Source: Tubiluchus corallicola (lineage: Eukaryota > Animalia > Priapulida). From it: a stretch of 64,000 nucleotides of DNA. Where the stretch lies: NCBI GenBank assembly GCA_030141605.1, contig JAQGDQ010000014.1, positions 1,373,319-1,437,318 on the forward strand, read 5' to 3'. A model generated the notes under the pieces. The model was not told the origin of the DNA. It saw only the letters and a program-made list of their open reading frames with translations, and searched no databases. Positions 26,842 to 41,479 of the stretch are shown here, piece after piece (position 1 is the first letter of the stretch; each line of letters starts with the position of its first letter). The position numbers were made by a program, and so were the translations under genes.

Positions 26842-28069
26842 CTGAAAAACAATTAAGCATAAAACGTAGAATGCTTTTCCAAGAATGGGCGTCTGAGTAT
26901 TCAAGATACTGCGTTTATTGGAAAGACTGCATCACACCGCTTTCGTCAGTTCGCTTCCAAGTACAAGTCATTTCAATTATGGACGGGAATTTTCGGATGT
27001 AGATAGTGTCCTTTTTCTATGAGAGTCTATGAGCACCTACACGTATTTTAGTTAAGTCAGATCTATGGACTGGGTTTTTAATGATTTTTAAGTTTTTTGA
27101 CATTGGTAAGTGAATTTGTCCTTATAGTACGTTATTAATTTGTTATTTTTCCCACTCTTTCCCTTTTCTTTAGCTATATCATTTTTCAATAGCGGTCATA
27201 GTTTGAACACCATAAAAATTTAAGTTTTAAAAATTTAATAAACTGGATGGTACCACATATGTTTTGAGATTGCTAACTGTTTATGAAACCTGTATCAGTT
27301 AGCATATTTTTAATTAAGAGTATGCAACAACCCATATTGTTGTTCACAAGTATCACGTTTTCATAATTGCAATGAGAGATCAAAGAATTTTCTAGCATGC
27401 AATGTTTAATTAATGCTTGAAATTAATTGAAACAATGCACGATTGTACCCAAAGAGCAAAGAAATCGACCAAGCCAATTTCAATCAAAACGCATCAAAAT
27501 GTGCCTTGATGGATGGGCTGTAACTGGAAAGGCGAAGTAAACATGGGAAAACCCCGATCCATTGCAAATTGGCAAAACTTCAGACTTTTTCAAAAGCAAT
27601 GGTCTCACAGCCATCTTTAATTCAAAATGGCGGAACAAAATTCGTCTGGGTTCAAAGGTCGATGCGGAATTTGTTTTAGTATACATGTGTATAGTTTCAT
27701 AACAATCTGTTGCGAATTCACGAAGCCTTAGACTTTTTCAAAAGGACATCGCTCAGAGCATCAAGTATAAGAACAATATCCAGATGAATAGTAATTTATT
27801 ATTATTATTATTATTTTAATAACTTCTGGCTGCATTTTCTTTTCATAAAACAGTCGGTGATAAACTTTGAAGTTTGATAAATAGTTATTTCACAGTCTGC
27901 GCCTTCTAATAGGTGTATATATTTTTTATTACTATAGTATGATGTTTGCATGTATTTTAAATGACAATAAACTAAACTAAACAAAACTAAAAATTAATAG
28001 AAAACGTAACTAATTATATGCAGAAAGATTATGACTTTTACGTTTTGTTGATCAAGTTTTCTGTCATTA

Positions 28070-28335
28070 AGGCCCATGTTTACTAGCGAGTAACTTGCAG
28101 CCCTCTACCGCTGTTGGTGATATCGTTGCAGAAATGCCAGAATCTACAGTCACTGAGGAAAAAGCTCTTCGAGACCTCGCGGGTGAGAAATCGCTATAAC
28201 AATGGAGCTTTTTTCTCGCTACACCAATGTCGCTAGTGAAAGCACTCGAATGAGTTAACGGGCGACGCTCACTTTCGCTGAGCGTTAAAAACACAGCGAT
28301 AATCTCTGCGAGAAAAACGCTACTCAAACGGGCCT
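28070..28335. mobile_element. PIF/Harbinger-type MITE, 266 bp
   Basis: Terminal inverted repeats AGGCCCATGTTTACTAGCG / CGCTACTCAAACGGGCCT, flanked on both sides by TTA (28067-28069 and 28336-28338). Confidence 0.8.
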
Positions 28336-28474
28336 TTAGAATGTTGGCACATTCTACTGTTAACAGGTACTTTCGATCCAATGTCGCCCTTTTTATTATT
28401 GCTGATGTTACGGGCAAGAACTTATTGAATATTCAATGTTACAACACGTTACCTAGAAAAAAATTAAGGCTTAC

Positions 28475-28582
28475 ATCAAAAAGTGGACCCATGATTTTGC
28501 AAGGGCCGCACCACGTTGCCCAAAAGTCTACTATGACAAACTCATCAGAGCCAGCACTTAGCAGCACTTGGTCGAAGTCATC
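28475..28582 (-). CDS. TXN: Thioredoxin exon 2 (active site WCGPC)
   Basis: gttttgcag|DDFDQVLLSAGSDEFVIVDFWATWCGPCKIMGPLFD|gtaagc; 108 nt. Confidence 0.96.
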
Positions 28583-28899
28583 CTGCAAAACAACGAATTC
28601 ATTATTCGTTACTGGCAAATGCAACAAATGTTTCACAAAAGGTACACAGTATAGTGATCAAGGCTTGAATGTGGTGCAAAAGGTGCTGAAAAGGCAGGCT
28701 TAAACTCTCTGGTACTTGGCTATAGTTGGCGTTTGGTTTTATGCATGGTTAAATATACGTCGCTTGGGTATGAAAATTCGTTTGCTAGCGGCTAAAAACT
28801 GAAAATTAATAATTAATAATAATAAGTTATTAACTATCTAACTGCATTAAAATTAAAATGAACAAACACATTTTACCTACATAAATCCTAACACATAAA

Positions 28900-29287
28900 C
28901 ACATTAAAAGCATACAATGCCATTGTATGCATAACATGTTTAAGCTTGTAGCCCCGAACACTTGTAACACTGTTAGGCTGGACACCTTCTTGGTCGATTG
29001 AATGCTAGAAACACATTTAATTTCATCCAAGCAAGAAATTAACTTGCAAACCAGAGGTTCAGGAGGTGGTTCATCCCATGACACTTTTTTCAACCAACTT
29101 TTTTGCAAAAGTAAAGTTACACGAACACTGAATGCATTTGATCTACCAAGAGAGTCAACGATCTTAGAAAATTATTCCTCAGGCAAGAAACAGAAGAAAT
29201 TATTAAAACCATAGGAATCCAGGTATAAGACTGGATAGAGCATCGTCGTCGAGTCTCCAGCTGTGGAAGTGTTAGGTCTTCCATCGG

Positions 29288-29290
<3 letters not shown>
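28900..29290 (-). mobile_element. BEL/Pao LTR-retrotransposon pol remnant
   Basis: SKIVDSLG..FSVRVTLLLQKSWLKKVSWDEPPPEPL...LQVFG resembles the BEL/Pao IFDPLG..LLQ.LW...WDEPLP and LHVF.DAS motifs; lies in thioredoxin intron 1. Confidence 0.65.
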
Positions 29291-29357
<67 letters not shown>

Positions 29358-29386
29358 CAACAACAATAATAAATAATAATAATAAT
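29288..29386. repeat. (AAT)n/(AAC)n microsatellite
   Basis: Direct reading of the sequence. Confidence 0.95.
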
Positions 29387-30384
29387 CTGAAGAAATCAGT
29401 CCTTTTTAAAATTAAAGGATATAAAAAATCACACATTCAATGATAATTAAAAAATTCTGTAATTACAATTTAAGAGAAATAGCCATGCATACTGAATAAA
29501 AATTCGCAGTTACACTTGTTTAGTAAAAATAGCTAAAACGGTTATAATTTAAAATTTATAGGTTAAAATTTGCATGAAAGTGAATAGAAAGTCATGGTTA
29601 CAAACAAAAATATATGTCTTAAATTAATGTATTAAAAAAACAGAAGGTCATGGTTACAAATGAAATACAGATGTACTAAAATGAATAGAAACTCATTGTA
29701 GCAAAAAATACAGAACTTAAATTAAGGTACTGAAATACTTGCATTTCAAATCAATAAAACAGGGATAACCTAAAGTAATTTAGTAAAATGTCCAAGAATT
29801 AGTAATAACAACAACTACAACGACAGCAGCAGCAGCAGCGGCAACAACAACAACAACAGCAATAACCTTTATTCTCCTGCTGAACAATAGGAAGCCATAT
29901 AGGAAGCAACAATAGGAAGACACAAACCCAACACTGTGTTCAATCCAAAATCGAAGTTTCAAAATAATTCGAAGATGTATTCATTGCACGAATCACATGT
30001 TTACAATATGCGTCTCCAACCCATCAGCTATTTTTTCGTCATAACTACTTCATGACTTTTGCAACATTTTTACAAAAAATACAAGTTAACTGAAAAAAAA
30101 CAGAATCTGTTCGCTCCTCACTCATCCAATGCATCCCGAGGAAGCGAAGCTGTGCTGTTTTACATATCGGAAGCACGTAATATGAAGATGTGATATGACA
30201 AAAGATGATCTTACTTATGTAAAGCTAACAGATCAAACGATTAAAAGAGTCAAACGGGGGCTTATTTTTGCGCAAAATAATTTAATTATTAACAAATTTT
30301 ACAACCCAAACAGTCTACATCAATACCTCGAATGCAATACCATAGATATTGTGATGATAGGGTAGACAAAATTCAATCGCTCAC

Positions 30385-30408
30385 CTCATTTTCTAAATTC
30401 CGTGTCAT
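30385..30408 (-). CDS. TXN: Thioredoxin coding exon 1 (MTRNLENE)
   Basis: ATG ACA CGG AAT TTA GAA AAT GAG|gtgagc; 24 nt, phase 0, same length as the first coding exon of vertebrate TXN (MVKQIESK). Confidence 0.8.
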
Positions 30409-31849
30409 TCTATTTGTCTCTAAATATGTCAACCCCCGCTTCCCATTAAACACTCATGTATGAACACGTACAGAACCATTCTCGTACACCTGCTTAATAT
30501 AGATAACCTGACAGAATTTCCACAGAACACGTATTTTCTTACGATGGTTATTGATCGTCGAAATGCACCTGTGCTGACTTCTGAATGTAGCAGTGTATGT
30601 AGTCTACAACCACATATATAGATCAATGGCTGTGCTTCGTTTTGTGGTGTACATTTAGATTATGAGTTATTAATCTACTTTGAATTTTTGACTTCACCTC
30701 AACCACTGTATCATTTTTTGGCAACTATGTGAAAACATGTGATTTGTAGTAGCTTAACTTTTTTTCTGGTAATTGTAAAACGGGTCAGTGTGTTTCTCGT
30801 TCTTGCTTGAGATATTGGTTTGCGGAAGTCATTTAAACTTGGAAACATAACAAAGAAATCTAAAAAAACTGTTCATAAAACATATATTTCATTTATATTA
30901 CATGTGAATAGATATTTTCGGTAGTAGCCGCTATTCACATGAAAATTATAATGTAGCTGGTGGACTTCGTCGCGCACGCTGGTTCAACTAATTCAAAGTT
31001 CTGCAAACTTATTTAATATTCATACAAAAATGTCACAAAATTATGTATTTGATTTGTGTAAAAAGACTTATCCTGATTTTAACTGAAATTAGACAGTACG
31101 CCGTTTTTCTTCAAGCGATGAATGCCGTCTTTGGTTTAAGAATCGGCATTCAAAATGGGAGCACCCGAGCGCGAAATGATCGTGACTTTGAAAAAAGTTT
31201 GCTAATTATTAATTACATGAGGCCCTTATCATGCTTTCATTACTAAATCCTTCTAACATTTTTCCGAACATTGAAATAAGCACCTAACTTTCCAGAAGGC
31301 TTGGCTCTTTCTTTAACATTTTGACTTCACTTGCAGGGTCACTTGCAGACCTCAACAGCAACTTAAAGTATAACTGCATACCGTGCGCTGGAGATAACCA
31401 CCGACATCACGCTAAAACTAATAGTGCATATTTTTTTTCCTGTACAAAGCTTTTCGTTAGTTTATAAATATTGTGTGGCTCAGCAATATATAAACTACAT
31501 TTAGACTGCCCAGTCGTATTTTACTTTCAGTGCTGCTTTAAACAGTTATTAATTACGCACATCAGCTTTCATCAAGCATTACAGGGGAGATCATCAACAT
31601 AATTATATTAACACCACAAAAACCTACAAATCCAATATAATTTTCAATTTACTGGGCGAAAGTACATTAACAAAATTATACGATCATTAATTAACAAAGT
31701 ACCTGACAAAACAAATATAAGTACAATCATCCAGTGCATCATACGTCCAGGGAGATGATTCTGTTCACTTCCCTATGCCAAGACTACCTTCTCGCTGCAA
31801 TGCCCCAAGTGCATTTGTCTCTATGGATCAGTGCTGAAGTGTTTAAATT

Positions 31850-33240
<1,391 letters not shown>

Positions 33241-33899
33241 AGTTCTGCAAAGTTTAGATGAGTACAAGATGTTACGTAGCACATTACCATACAAAAAAAC
33301 GAAAAACAACATCAAACAATGATGTATGTCATAAACCAAACTTCACATGCACATTCAACACACTAAAATTGATAACAAAGTTAATAATTCAATTTAATAA
33401 ATATAAAATTCTATAGCTTCCTCCTATTTGCAAAACATTTATTTATTAGGCTACAAACAATTGTTAGTATTTCTAGATTTTTGCTTCCTGCCAAAAACAG
33501 ATATTTGTCAACACGGTTCATATTAGTAAAATCGGGCTATGTGCTTCAGATTTTAGTGAAGGCTATCATTCTTTCAATTTTATATTTATCACAGTTCATT
33601 AAAAAATATTGCTGCTCTTCAATTATTGCAATATATGCATACTCGTTGATTAGCGGGAAACTTTTTTGGTTTATGATGCCTTCCTGTTTCAATAGTTAAG
33701 GCATGTGAACTAATACGGAACTTTGCAAAAGCTACTTTAGCCCCTCTGGAGGGATTTTCCGCGCTATAAAATAATTTTGAAGCTCAAACTCAAGTTAAAA
33801 TTTGCAATAGTTCCTAAGTTTATTTCCTTCATTATTTTTTGTGGTAGGTCTGTTAATTTCGAGTTTCCAATTAGTTACATAGACTACTTCAATTTTTTT

Positions 33900-34800
33900 T
33901 CTTAATTGCCCAAATAAGAGGTTTTTTTTATTGATGGTAGCCTGATTTTCCCAAACATGTGTAAACCCAAGATGTACTAAAATATCTGTAAGTAATCTCC
34001 GGGCTATTTAGCCGATTGTGTAGAAGAGGCAAACGCTCAAAGTACCATTTCTTATTCTCAGGTGAGGCACGTAGCTTATCGCTATTTCTTTGACTTGCCT
34101 GTTCATTAAAAGCACTGGACAGGCAAACTTGTATTTTACAATGGTCGGAATATAAATGTTTTGTCTGCTACTTTAAAATACACAACGTTGCGCAAAAGTT
34201 CGCTATCCACAACACAATAGTCGATTACTGAACAACCGTTGGGTTTATGACATGTATACCTGCTTGAAAAATCTCCAATACATCTTCCATTAAGAATACG
34301 TAATTGGTATGCTTTACACATTTCAACAAGCTTTTTGCCGTAATTATCAACAGTTAGCGCATCTTGGGAATTGCGCGCAGGTAGCTGGTTATCACGCCGG
34401 TAATCATTGAGGGCAGGAATATATTTATCATAATCGTTATTAATCATATCAGGGTTCCTTCCCAGTCCGGGAATTCATATCACCAATTAGGATGACTTCT
34501 CCCATTTTGCTATATTTTTTCTTGTCATTTCGACGATATCATAGATATCGGCTGTTCTAGTAGCATAGGAAGATTTTTCTAGGACTATATAAATAGTACG
34601 TAATTATAAATCCTGGTTCATGTTAAAGAAACGTTTGTCCAGTTTTATCCAAAGCATTTCTGAATTTGTTTTCCGAGGAATTTGACCCCATTTCTTATTT
34701 TATTATTCACCAACACAGCAATTCTGCCCAAAATCTCTTTTAGCATAGCGAGGTTTATAGTATTGTGGGCAAGTATACCCTTCTAATTTCACATCATAAC
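33900..34800 (-). mobile_element. LINE APE endonuclease remnant
   Basis: VDNYGKKLVEMCKAYQLRILNGRCIGD..YTC..GCSVIDY; upstream ILIGDMNSR-like motif. Confidence 0.75.
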
Positions 34801-34810
34801 TATAATTACT

Positions 34811-35760
34811 ATGTGTTTCAGTCAGGCATATTGTTTACCTCCTATAAACTTCTCTAGGCATGTTAATGCACACAATTTTTATGAAACACTCCTGTCACAG
34901 GTGCATATGTACCAAAAGTTGGGCCCGTTTTTTATTATGGGCGACTTCAATAGCAGATGTGGTAACACGCCAGACTATACAGAAGGGGTGGATCCAGTGA
35001 GTGAGAGTCAGGTAATAGACCATACATGTAACGCGTATGGAGAATCCTTAACACACTTCCTTATTAGTGCAAACTGTTGCATCTTAAACCGGAGAAACAC
35101 TACTCACAACGACTACACCTGTGTCTCTACAAGAGGTTTACCTATGGTAGAGTTTGTACTACAGTTCCATATGAGTTTTTACAGCTGCACAACAACTTTA
35201 GAGTCGAAGTAAAGACTTGTTCACATCTGCTGGTTGTCTCTCCGAGGTGAATGCAAGTAAAGAAATCTCTGATCATTCACTTTTAACTTGGATTTATGAC
35301 TTCACGAAACACTATATTGACTCGGAAGGGACACGCACGGAAAACAATTGCCCACTTGACAAGTCAACTTTTACTTGGTATGATTTTACTCATCTGCCAG
35401 ACCATTTTTTGTCTAACGATGAATTTGATCGTATGCTGCCTGATTTTATACAACGTGTGGAAAACATGGTTGCGTCACAGACAAATGTTGATGATATCTA
35501 TCAATAATTAAGTAACTCGATAAGCAAGAAATGGACAAACATATCCAAAACCAGGAAATTATCATAAAATTTGGTCTATGTAAAAAACGGCGTTGTCTAA
35601 AAAACAATGGTGGAACGGTGAACAGACATCCTTATGTAACAAGTTATGTGAAGCAAAAAAAGACTGATGCAGAGTTTTCCCAGGTGTAAAGAAAAGACAG
35701 AAGAAAGCAGCGATGCTTGATGCGTAAAGTAAATTTGACAAAATGGTGCAGTCAGCTAAA
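34811..35760 (+). mobile_element. LINE APE endonuclease/linker remnant
   Basis: CLPP, IMGDFNSRCG, CNAYGESL..ILNRR..YTCVSTRG, ISDHSLLTW. Confidence 0.8.
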
Positions 35761-37372
35761 CGTTACAGGAAGAAATCCAAGAACTGGAAACAAATGACCC
35801 AAGTGCTATCTATAATCGTGCATGCCGTTTTCATATGGGTGTTGAGAAGTACACAGCAAATGCAGGTTTGCGTGGTGACATGGGTTGGAAAACCATGTGG
35901 TTCCGTCAATGGGCTTGCATTACAAAACAGTGGTGTAGAATTTTTATGATGAGTGAGGATAGTGTTAAACGTATTTTTATGTAATCAAACTTGACGAATT
36001 CGATGATTGCAAAATTATGACTTTGAAACAGAACATCAAGATCATAAACATTTTCCAGTTTGTGCCTATAAATATTGTACAGATTACAGCAATCGTGCGC
36101 TCGTGTGACTTCCTAGATGTATTTTACTTTATAGCAGTTGTGTGTATTTGAGTTCACGTCATGCTACAGAATGTTAAGTTTACAACTTAGTCATAAATAG
36201 CAGTTTAATGAATAATTAATTTTACTAAAATATGTATAAAGGGGCTTTTGTATAAAGATTTTATTCGCTCCACTACTTATCCACAGAAATCATCCATAAT
36301 TTACTATCTTTTAATTATTTATTACTTACTTAATGCTTCAGTTATAGAACAGCAATTTGCGTACTAAAACAGGACACTCAAACAAATTTAGACTCCATTT
36401 TTCATGTGTTATTGCTTCTGTCAGTTTGTATGAGTTAAACTGTAACAACAGCAACAACTGCATTTCATTTCATAGTTCAATAGCAAGCTTTGCATCTGAC
36501 GTTATTTAACGAAAATCACACCAGTAATAGTTATATCATGCTCCTGTTTCGGCATTGCAATGTTGTGCCTTTTACAATGGTATTTATTTGTGCACAAATG
36601 TTAAATGATGTGTCAGGTAAGTTTTACTTGCTAGTTTTTATTTTTACGGTGATTATACAGTTGCCTGATACAAAAAGTTTTACATGATTCTGAAAAGATT
36701 TTGCTTTACATAACTTAAGAGCTTAAGTGCGTTTGCCAGGTAGATCATGAGAAGTACTGGACTAAGACAGCCCCCTTGAGGACCCCGATATTCGTACTAA
36801 AAGTTCTTCCTAAGGTATTCCCAGCTTTTACCGTTACGTCAATTGTAGATATTGGACAGGCAGAATTCTAAAATAAAATAAATCTGCTTTCAGGTAAACA
36901 CAACCGAAATCCAGCAAAAAATAGACACTGCCAGTGACTTGTCCGCACCACTTCCGACACAAAACTAAACGAAGCTAAATAACGTTGTTGTAATTTTTCT
37001 TATTTTACGGAAGACATTCTTCCATTTGTCTTGCAGTCTAAATGGAAGTTTTTTAATTATCTGTAACAGACTAGTTTGGGTGTTATTCTCTGATAAATGA
37101 TCCATCGCTTTTAGTGTCTCGACGCACCCTATCAGCAAATCAGAGAATTCCTTGCGTTTGAAAATTCTTGATCATTTGGACGTATGATTTCAAAATAGTT
37201 AATTCTCGATAACCACAAAAATCTACAACAAAACAAACCCGTGTTTAGAAGTAGGGCTCACTTGCACTATACCTAGTCTCCTATAATAGGTCAACAGGTA
37301 AAAAGAACAGGGACGCAGTGCCATCTATGGAGCGTCCCGAACATTGTTTGATACCCACTGACTCAATTCGTA

Positions 37373-37446
37373 CCAGTCGGTATAGTCTAGTGGTAACGCG
37401 TACGCTTTCCGTGTGGGAGGTCGAGAGTTCGATACTGCAATCGGTT
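37373..37446 (+). mobile_element. tRNA-derived SINE head or tRNA pseudogene
   Basis: A-box TAGTCTAGTGG and B-box-like GAGTTCGATAC at tRNA spacing; poorly paired anticodon and T stems. Confidence 0.6.
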
Positions 37447-37598
37447 CTTACCAAAGTAGCTGCCTGGCACGTGGTATTTATGATAAAAGCGGGGTAATAA
37501 TAGTCTCCGAAATGTAGTTGCAGAATTGCTCTTTACAGTCAGTCAAAAAATTCGTGAGCTTATGTTAATAATTGAAAAGCCGAAATCATTAAATAAAG

Positions 37599-37782
<184 letters not shown>

Positions 37783-39793
37783 TAAAGAAGATCGTCAGAA
37801 ATCTAGATTTTGTGTGCAACTTAACTTGCCAGAATTCGAAAGAGCCCAATTTTGAGAATAATTTAGCATTTTTGGCTGTGCAGGCCTTATACGGTAAAGT
37901 CGAACAAGCGTAGTGTTTTTGCTCCCTGTGTTTGTTGAGTGTGTCCTGCGTTAATTGTGCTTTGTATGCATGACTTATTTTAGTACGAATAAACGTAATG
38001 TATATATAATGTAGTCTAACCTAATTTTACCTAATGTAAAGAGATTGTGGGTTTGCCTTATTTTTGAACTATTTTTCAGCAGGAACCTGGTTTACAAAGA
38101 AAGCAATGGTTACCTACTGTAAAACAGACAGCAGCAACAAAATGATATTTATTGAAGGTAAGCATCTTCCATTTTGGGCTTCTGTGATTAATAGCTTATT
38201 ACCTTCAAAAACAATGTTAAAATAATTAAGTTAAATTTTGATGGCAAGCAACACACGTCAATTTTTGATATTCAGATGCATTTGGTAAACATTTTTCTAC
38301 TATTGGTAAAAACTTTATCAGTACACAGAAAATTGAAACAATACATACATGAACAGCTGAAATCGTATAACGGTACTAAGCGATTGGCTAACAGGTCCAT
38401 AAAAAGAATCTATATAAAAGCCTCTCACGTGAAGACGGTCACAGTATTAAAAATCATTAATGAATACGATATAACTTCATATATTGACGGTAAAACATTA
38501 AGTAAAAAGTGCAAGGAAAAAAGGCGAAAATTGGGGTGGATGATACAGGGATATGATAGATGAGACAATGAAGTGGATGATTAATGATACTCAGATATCG
38601 GTTTTGCAAGATAAGGGTGTACAGATTTATTAAGGTTGAAGAGTGTTTTATGGTGCACTAAATGCTCTTAGCTGAAAACCTAGTTAATTGATGCCACCAG
38701 TTTATGCATCACAATTACGAATGCATCTCGAAATGGAGGATTAGGAAAAAATTAGCTAAGTAAATAAATTTTTTTTTAAAAAACATTTTTTATTCTGACG
38801 AAAAGCTAACATCCTGTTAACTATATAGTTGATAATGTAGCGAGCAATGTACGAATTATATTTTTCACGATGTAAATATTTACATATTTTGAAATCTTTT
38901 GCTTAACATGATAGAATTTATAGATGCTAGTGTAATATCTCTGTTAAAGGACGATGACTGATTAGCGTCACAGTATAGTATAATGTTAATGTTATCATTT
39001 ACTGCAATTAGAAAGTGATTAATAGTGATGAACCGAGTATTGTGGAAACGGGGGCACATTCTAGAAAGAAGTGTTTAGGATCTTCAAATGGGGCTCCAAA
39101 TAAACAGTTAGGAGAACGAGCAATATGATTTGAAAACATATGAACAGCTAGGAGACTGGTGTATAGCTTCATTCTCGCGAGATGAATTTGTCCTAATCGA
39201 CAACTAATGCAAAAATGAGAGGAGGGAGAGCAAATTCGGAATTGTTCAAAATGGTCAGTTTTACTTTGAAATTGTGCTAGGGTTGCTGCATTTTTAACAT
39301 CTTTATGAAGGTCATGAAGAAAGGATTGTTATATAAGGTAATTCTGTAGTAAGAAGTAGAGAAGTGCTTAGAATTGCGCAAAGCATAGCTATCACTAACT
39401 TGGGAGACAGTTGGAGGTAATAGCTTGAGTAGAAAAGTAAGAGTTGTGATGAACAGGTCTTGTTCGTAGATTGCAAAACTTTATTACATTACAGTTACTA
39501 TTTATTGCAATATGTTGTTTTACTGTAATAATACTCAATCTGCATGATTGATTATGTTGAGCTTAATTATACAACATGTAAGCAATTTAAAGTGTAAAAT
39601 GTAACAAAAGCACCCGTTTGTGTTGTAACTAATATAGTGTCATATTTGTCTGGCCCTATCCTATTGCTGTACGTAAAATTCCTGTTAAATTACCTATACT
39701 GTAGAGCTTTGTTTTTACCTGAATGTGATTCAAAACATTATGCTTAATTCTACCTTCTGATTGGTCGATTTGCAAAAGTTCAGAATTGCTTGG

Positions 39794-40797
39794 TGTGACG
39801 ATGTAGTCTAAGTTCCGTTATTGTAAATATGTGGTTCGTGACTTAAGTGTAACCCTTAGGTAAAGAATAAAACACTTAGTCGAAAACACTGAGAAGAAAC
39901 AACTGAATTAATAAAATAATACAACAATTTAATTAATATCCCAAAATACATTACAAGACAAATGTTAATAATAAAGATTAAGCCGGCTAAGAAGAGAAAG
40001 AACAACGTAATGTTTTTCACCAGTCCAGTCTTGGCATCATCAAGCGACTATTCTCCTGCTCCCATTCCGCGGCATCTCCTCACCAGGGGCTTGATCGAGG
40101 AATGGTGCACCATAGAACGGTTGACTACACTACCTCTTCATGGATCTGATTACGTGAACGACGTCTCCAAACTTTGACGACTCCTGATGTACACGCCTCC
40201 ACTAATACGACGCCAAAATGGGGTAGCATCCAAGCTCCTGCACTCGTCGCAAGGTAAGGATTACCAATTTTGTAATCACAGCATCCCGCACCAACGACAG
40301 TATCATCAACGTCAGGTAAATACGAGTAAGTATCATCAGCAGCAGATATCATCGACAACTGGTAAGTGATGTATCATCAGCGTCAGGAAAATATAATCAG
40401 CAATAGGTAAGTATCATCGCTAGAATGCAACTATCGTCTCTGTCGTAACCAGGTAGACAGATCGCTTTTCTACAAGCAAGCACTATTACTACTAACCCAT
40501 CATTTTATGACATGTGAACGTCCGCTTAACTCGCCAACTTAAAGCGGAATACCTGGGCGAACTGAACAGCCAAAATTTCGTCTACGTGGCTTCAGTCACA
40601 TGATATAGTAGTAATGCATAAACAGTATCATTGAATGTACAGGTGAAATCTGATTTCAGAACAAGTTGGCTTCTAGCCTTATATCATTAAACAGTTTAAC
40701 TAAACTTCTTTTATAAAGATTGACAATAATTAATGGTGGAATTATAACAGTAGGAACTAGTTACATAACCTGGCCTAAAATAAGCCTGAGCGTCACA
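39794..40797. mobile_element. Solo LTR, 1004 bp
   Basis: Ends TGTGACG...CGTCACA (7-bp inverted termini) flanked by an identical 5-bp TSD, CTTGG (39789-39793 and 40798-40802); internal GTATCATCAGC short repeats. Confidence 0.88.
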
Positions 40798-41479
40798 CTT
40801 GGCTTCATTCAAGTACTCCAGGAAATTTGACTAGTCATTCTGGGTTTGGTCTGGTAAGATGGACGGACGTCTCCCCTTATTTTACCAATTACTGTAGTTG
40901 TTTACTTTTACATACCTTCAAGTATATACGCCTTAGAATTATGTGGTGATTGCTGCAACTTTCTAATAACCTGACTGATGTTGATGTTGTTGACCTGGTA
41001 CTGATATGGTTTACCGAGTGATGTACATAGACTCTTGCAAAGCTGTAAATATTTGCTGCATTTCGACTTGTTCAAGTGATCGCCAAGAGAAAGCTAAGTG
41101 ACCTGCTAGTCATACAGGCACAAAGATCCAGGCAACCTGCTCGTCATTCAAGTGGCCGAGGGACGTGGTGGTCGTTTCAGCGAGTTGGCTGGTTTAGATT
41201 GGTGTGGACATGGTAGGGAATTGGAAAGTCTCGCGTTGGTTGGCATAGGACACATCGTATGCCAGGTGGTTTGATGGATGGATTAGGACATGGTGATGGT
41301 CCATGGTAGAGGCGCACACCGAGCTTATTCAAGTTGAGTATTAGACCGGTCTCTAATTCATTATTATGTAATTGAGCAGTATCACTTGTTCTGTACAACA
41401 CACTTATTATTATTATTAGCAAGTAAGATATCGTTTTTCTTTTTTTTCTTTTTTGGTTGTTGATTCTTTAAAATGCTTA

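Noticed and set aside
28341-28703. Plus-strand 120-aa ORF, and the 65-aa minus ORF as a standalone Trx
   Set aside because: The first is an antisense shadow; the second is a single exon with intron read-through.
37373-37446. Functional tRNA gene
   Set aside because: Anticodon and T stems do not pair well and the B-box is imperfect; better explained as a SINE head or pseudogene.
38140-39500. Possible decayed transposase
   Set aside because: Purine-rich and coding-like, but I could not recover any diagnostic motif.
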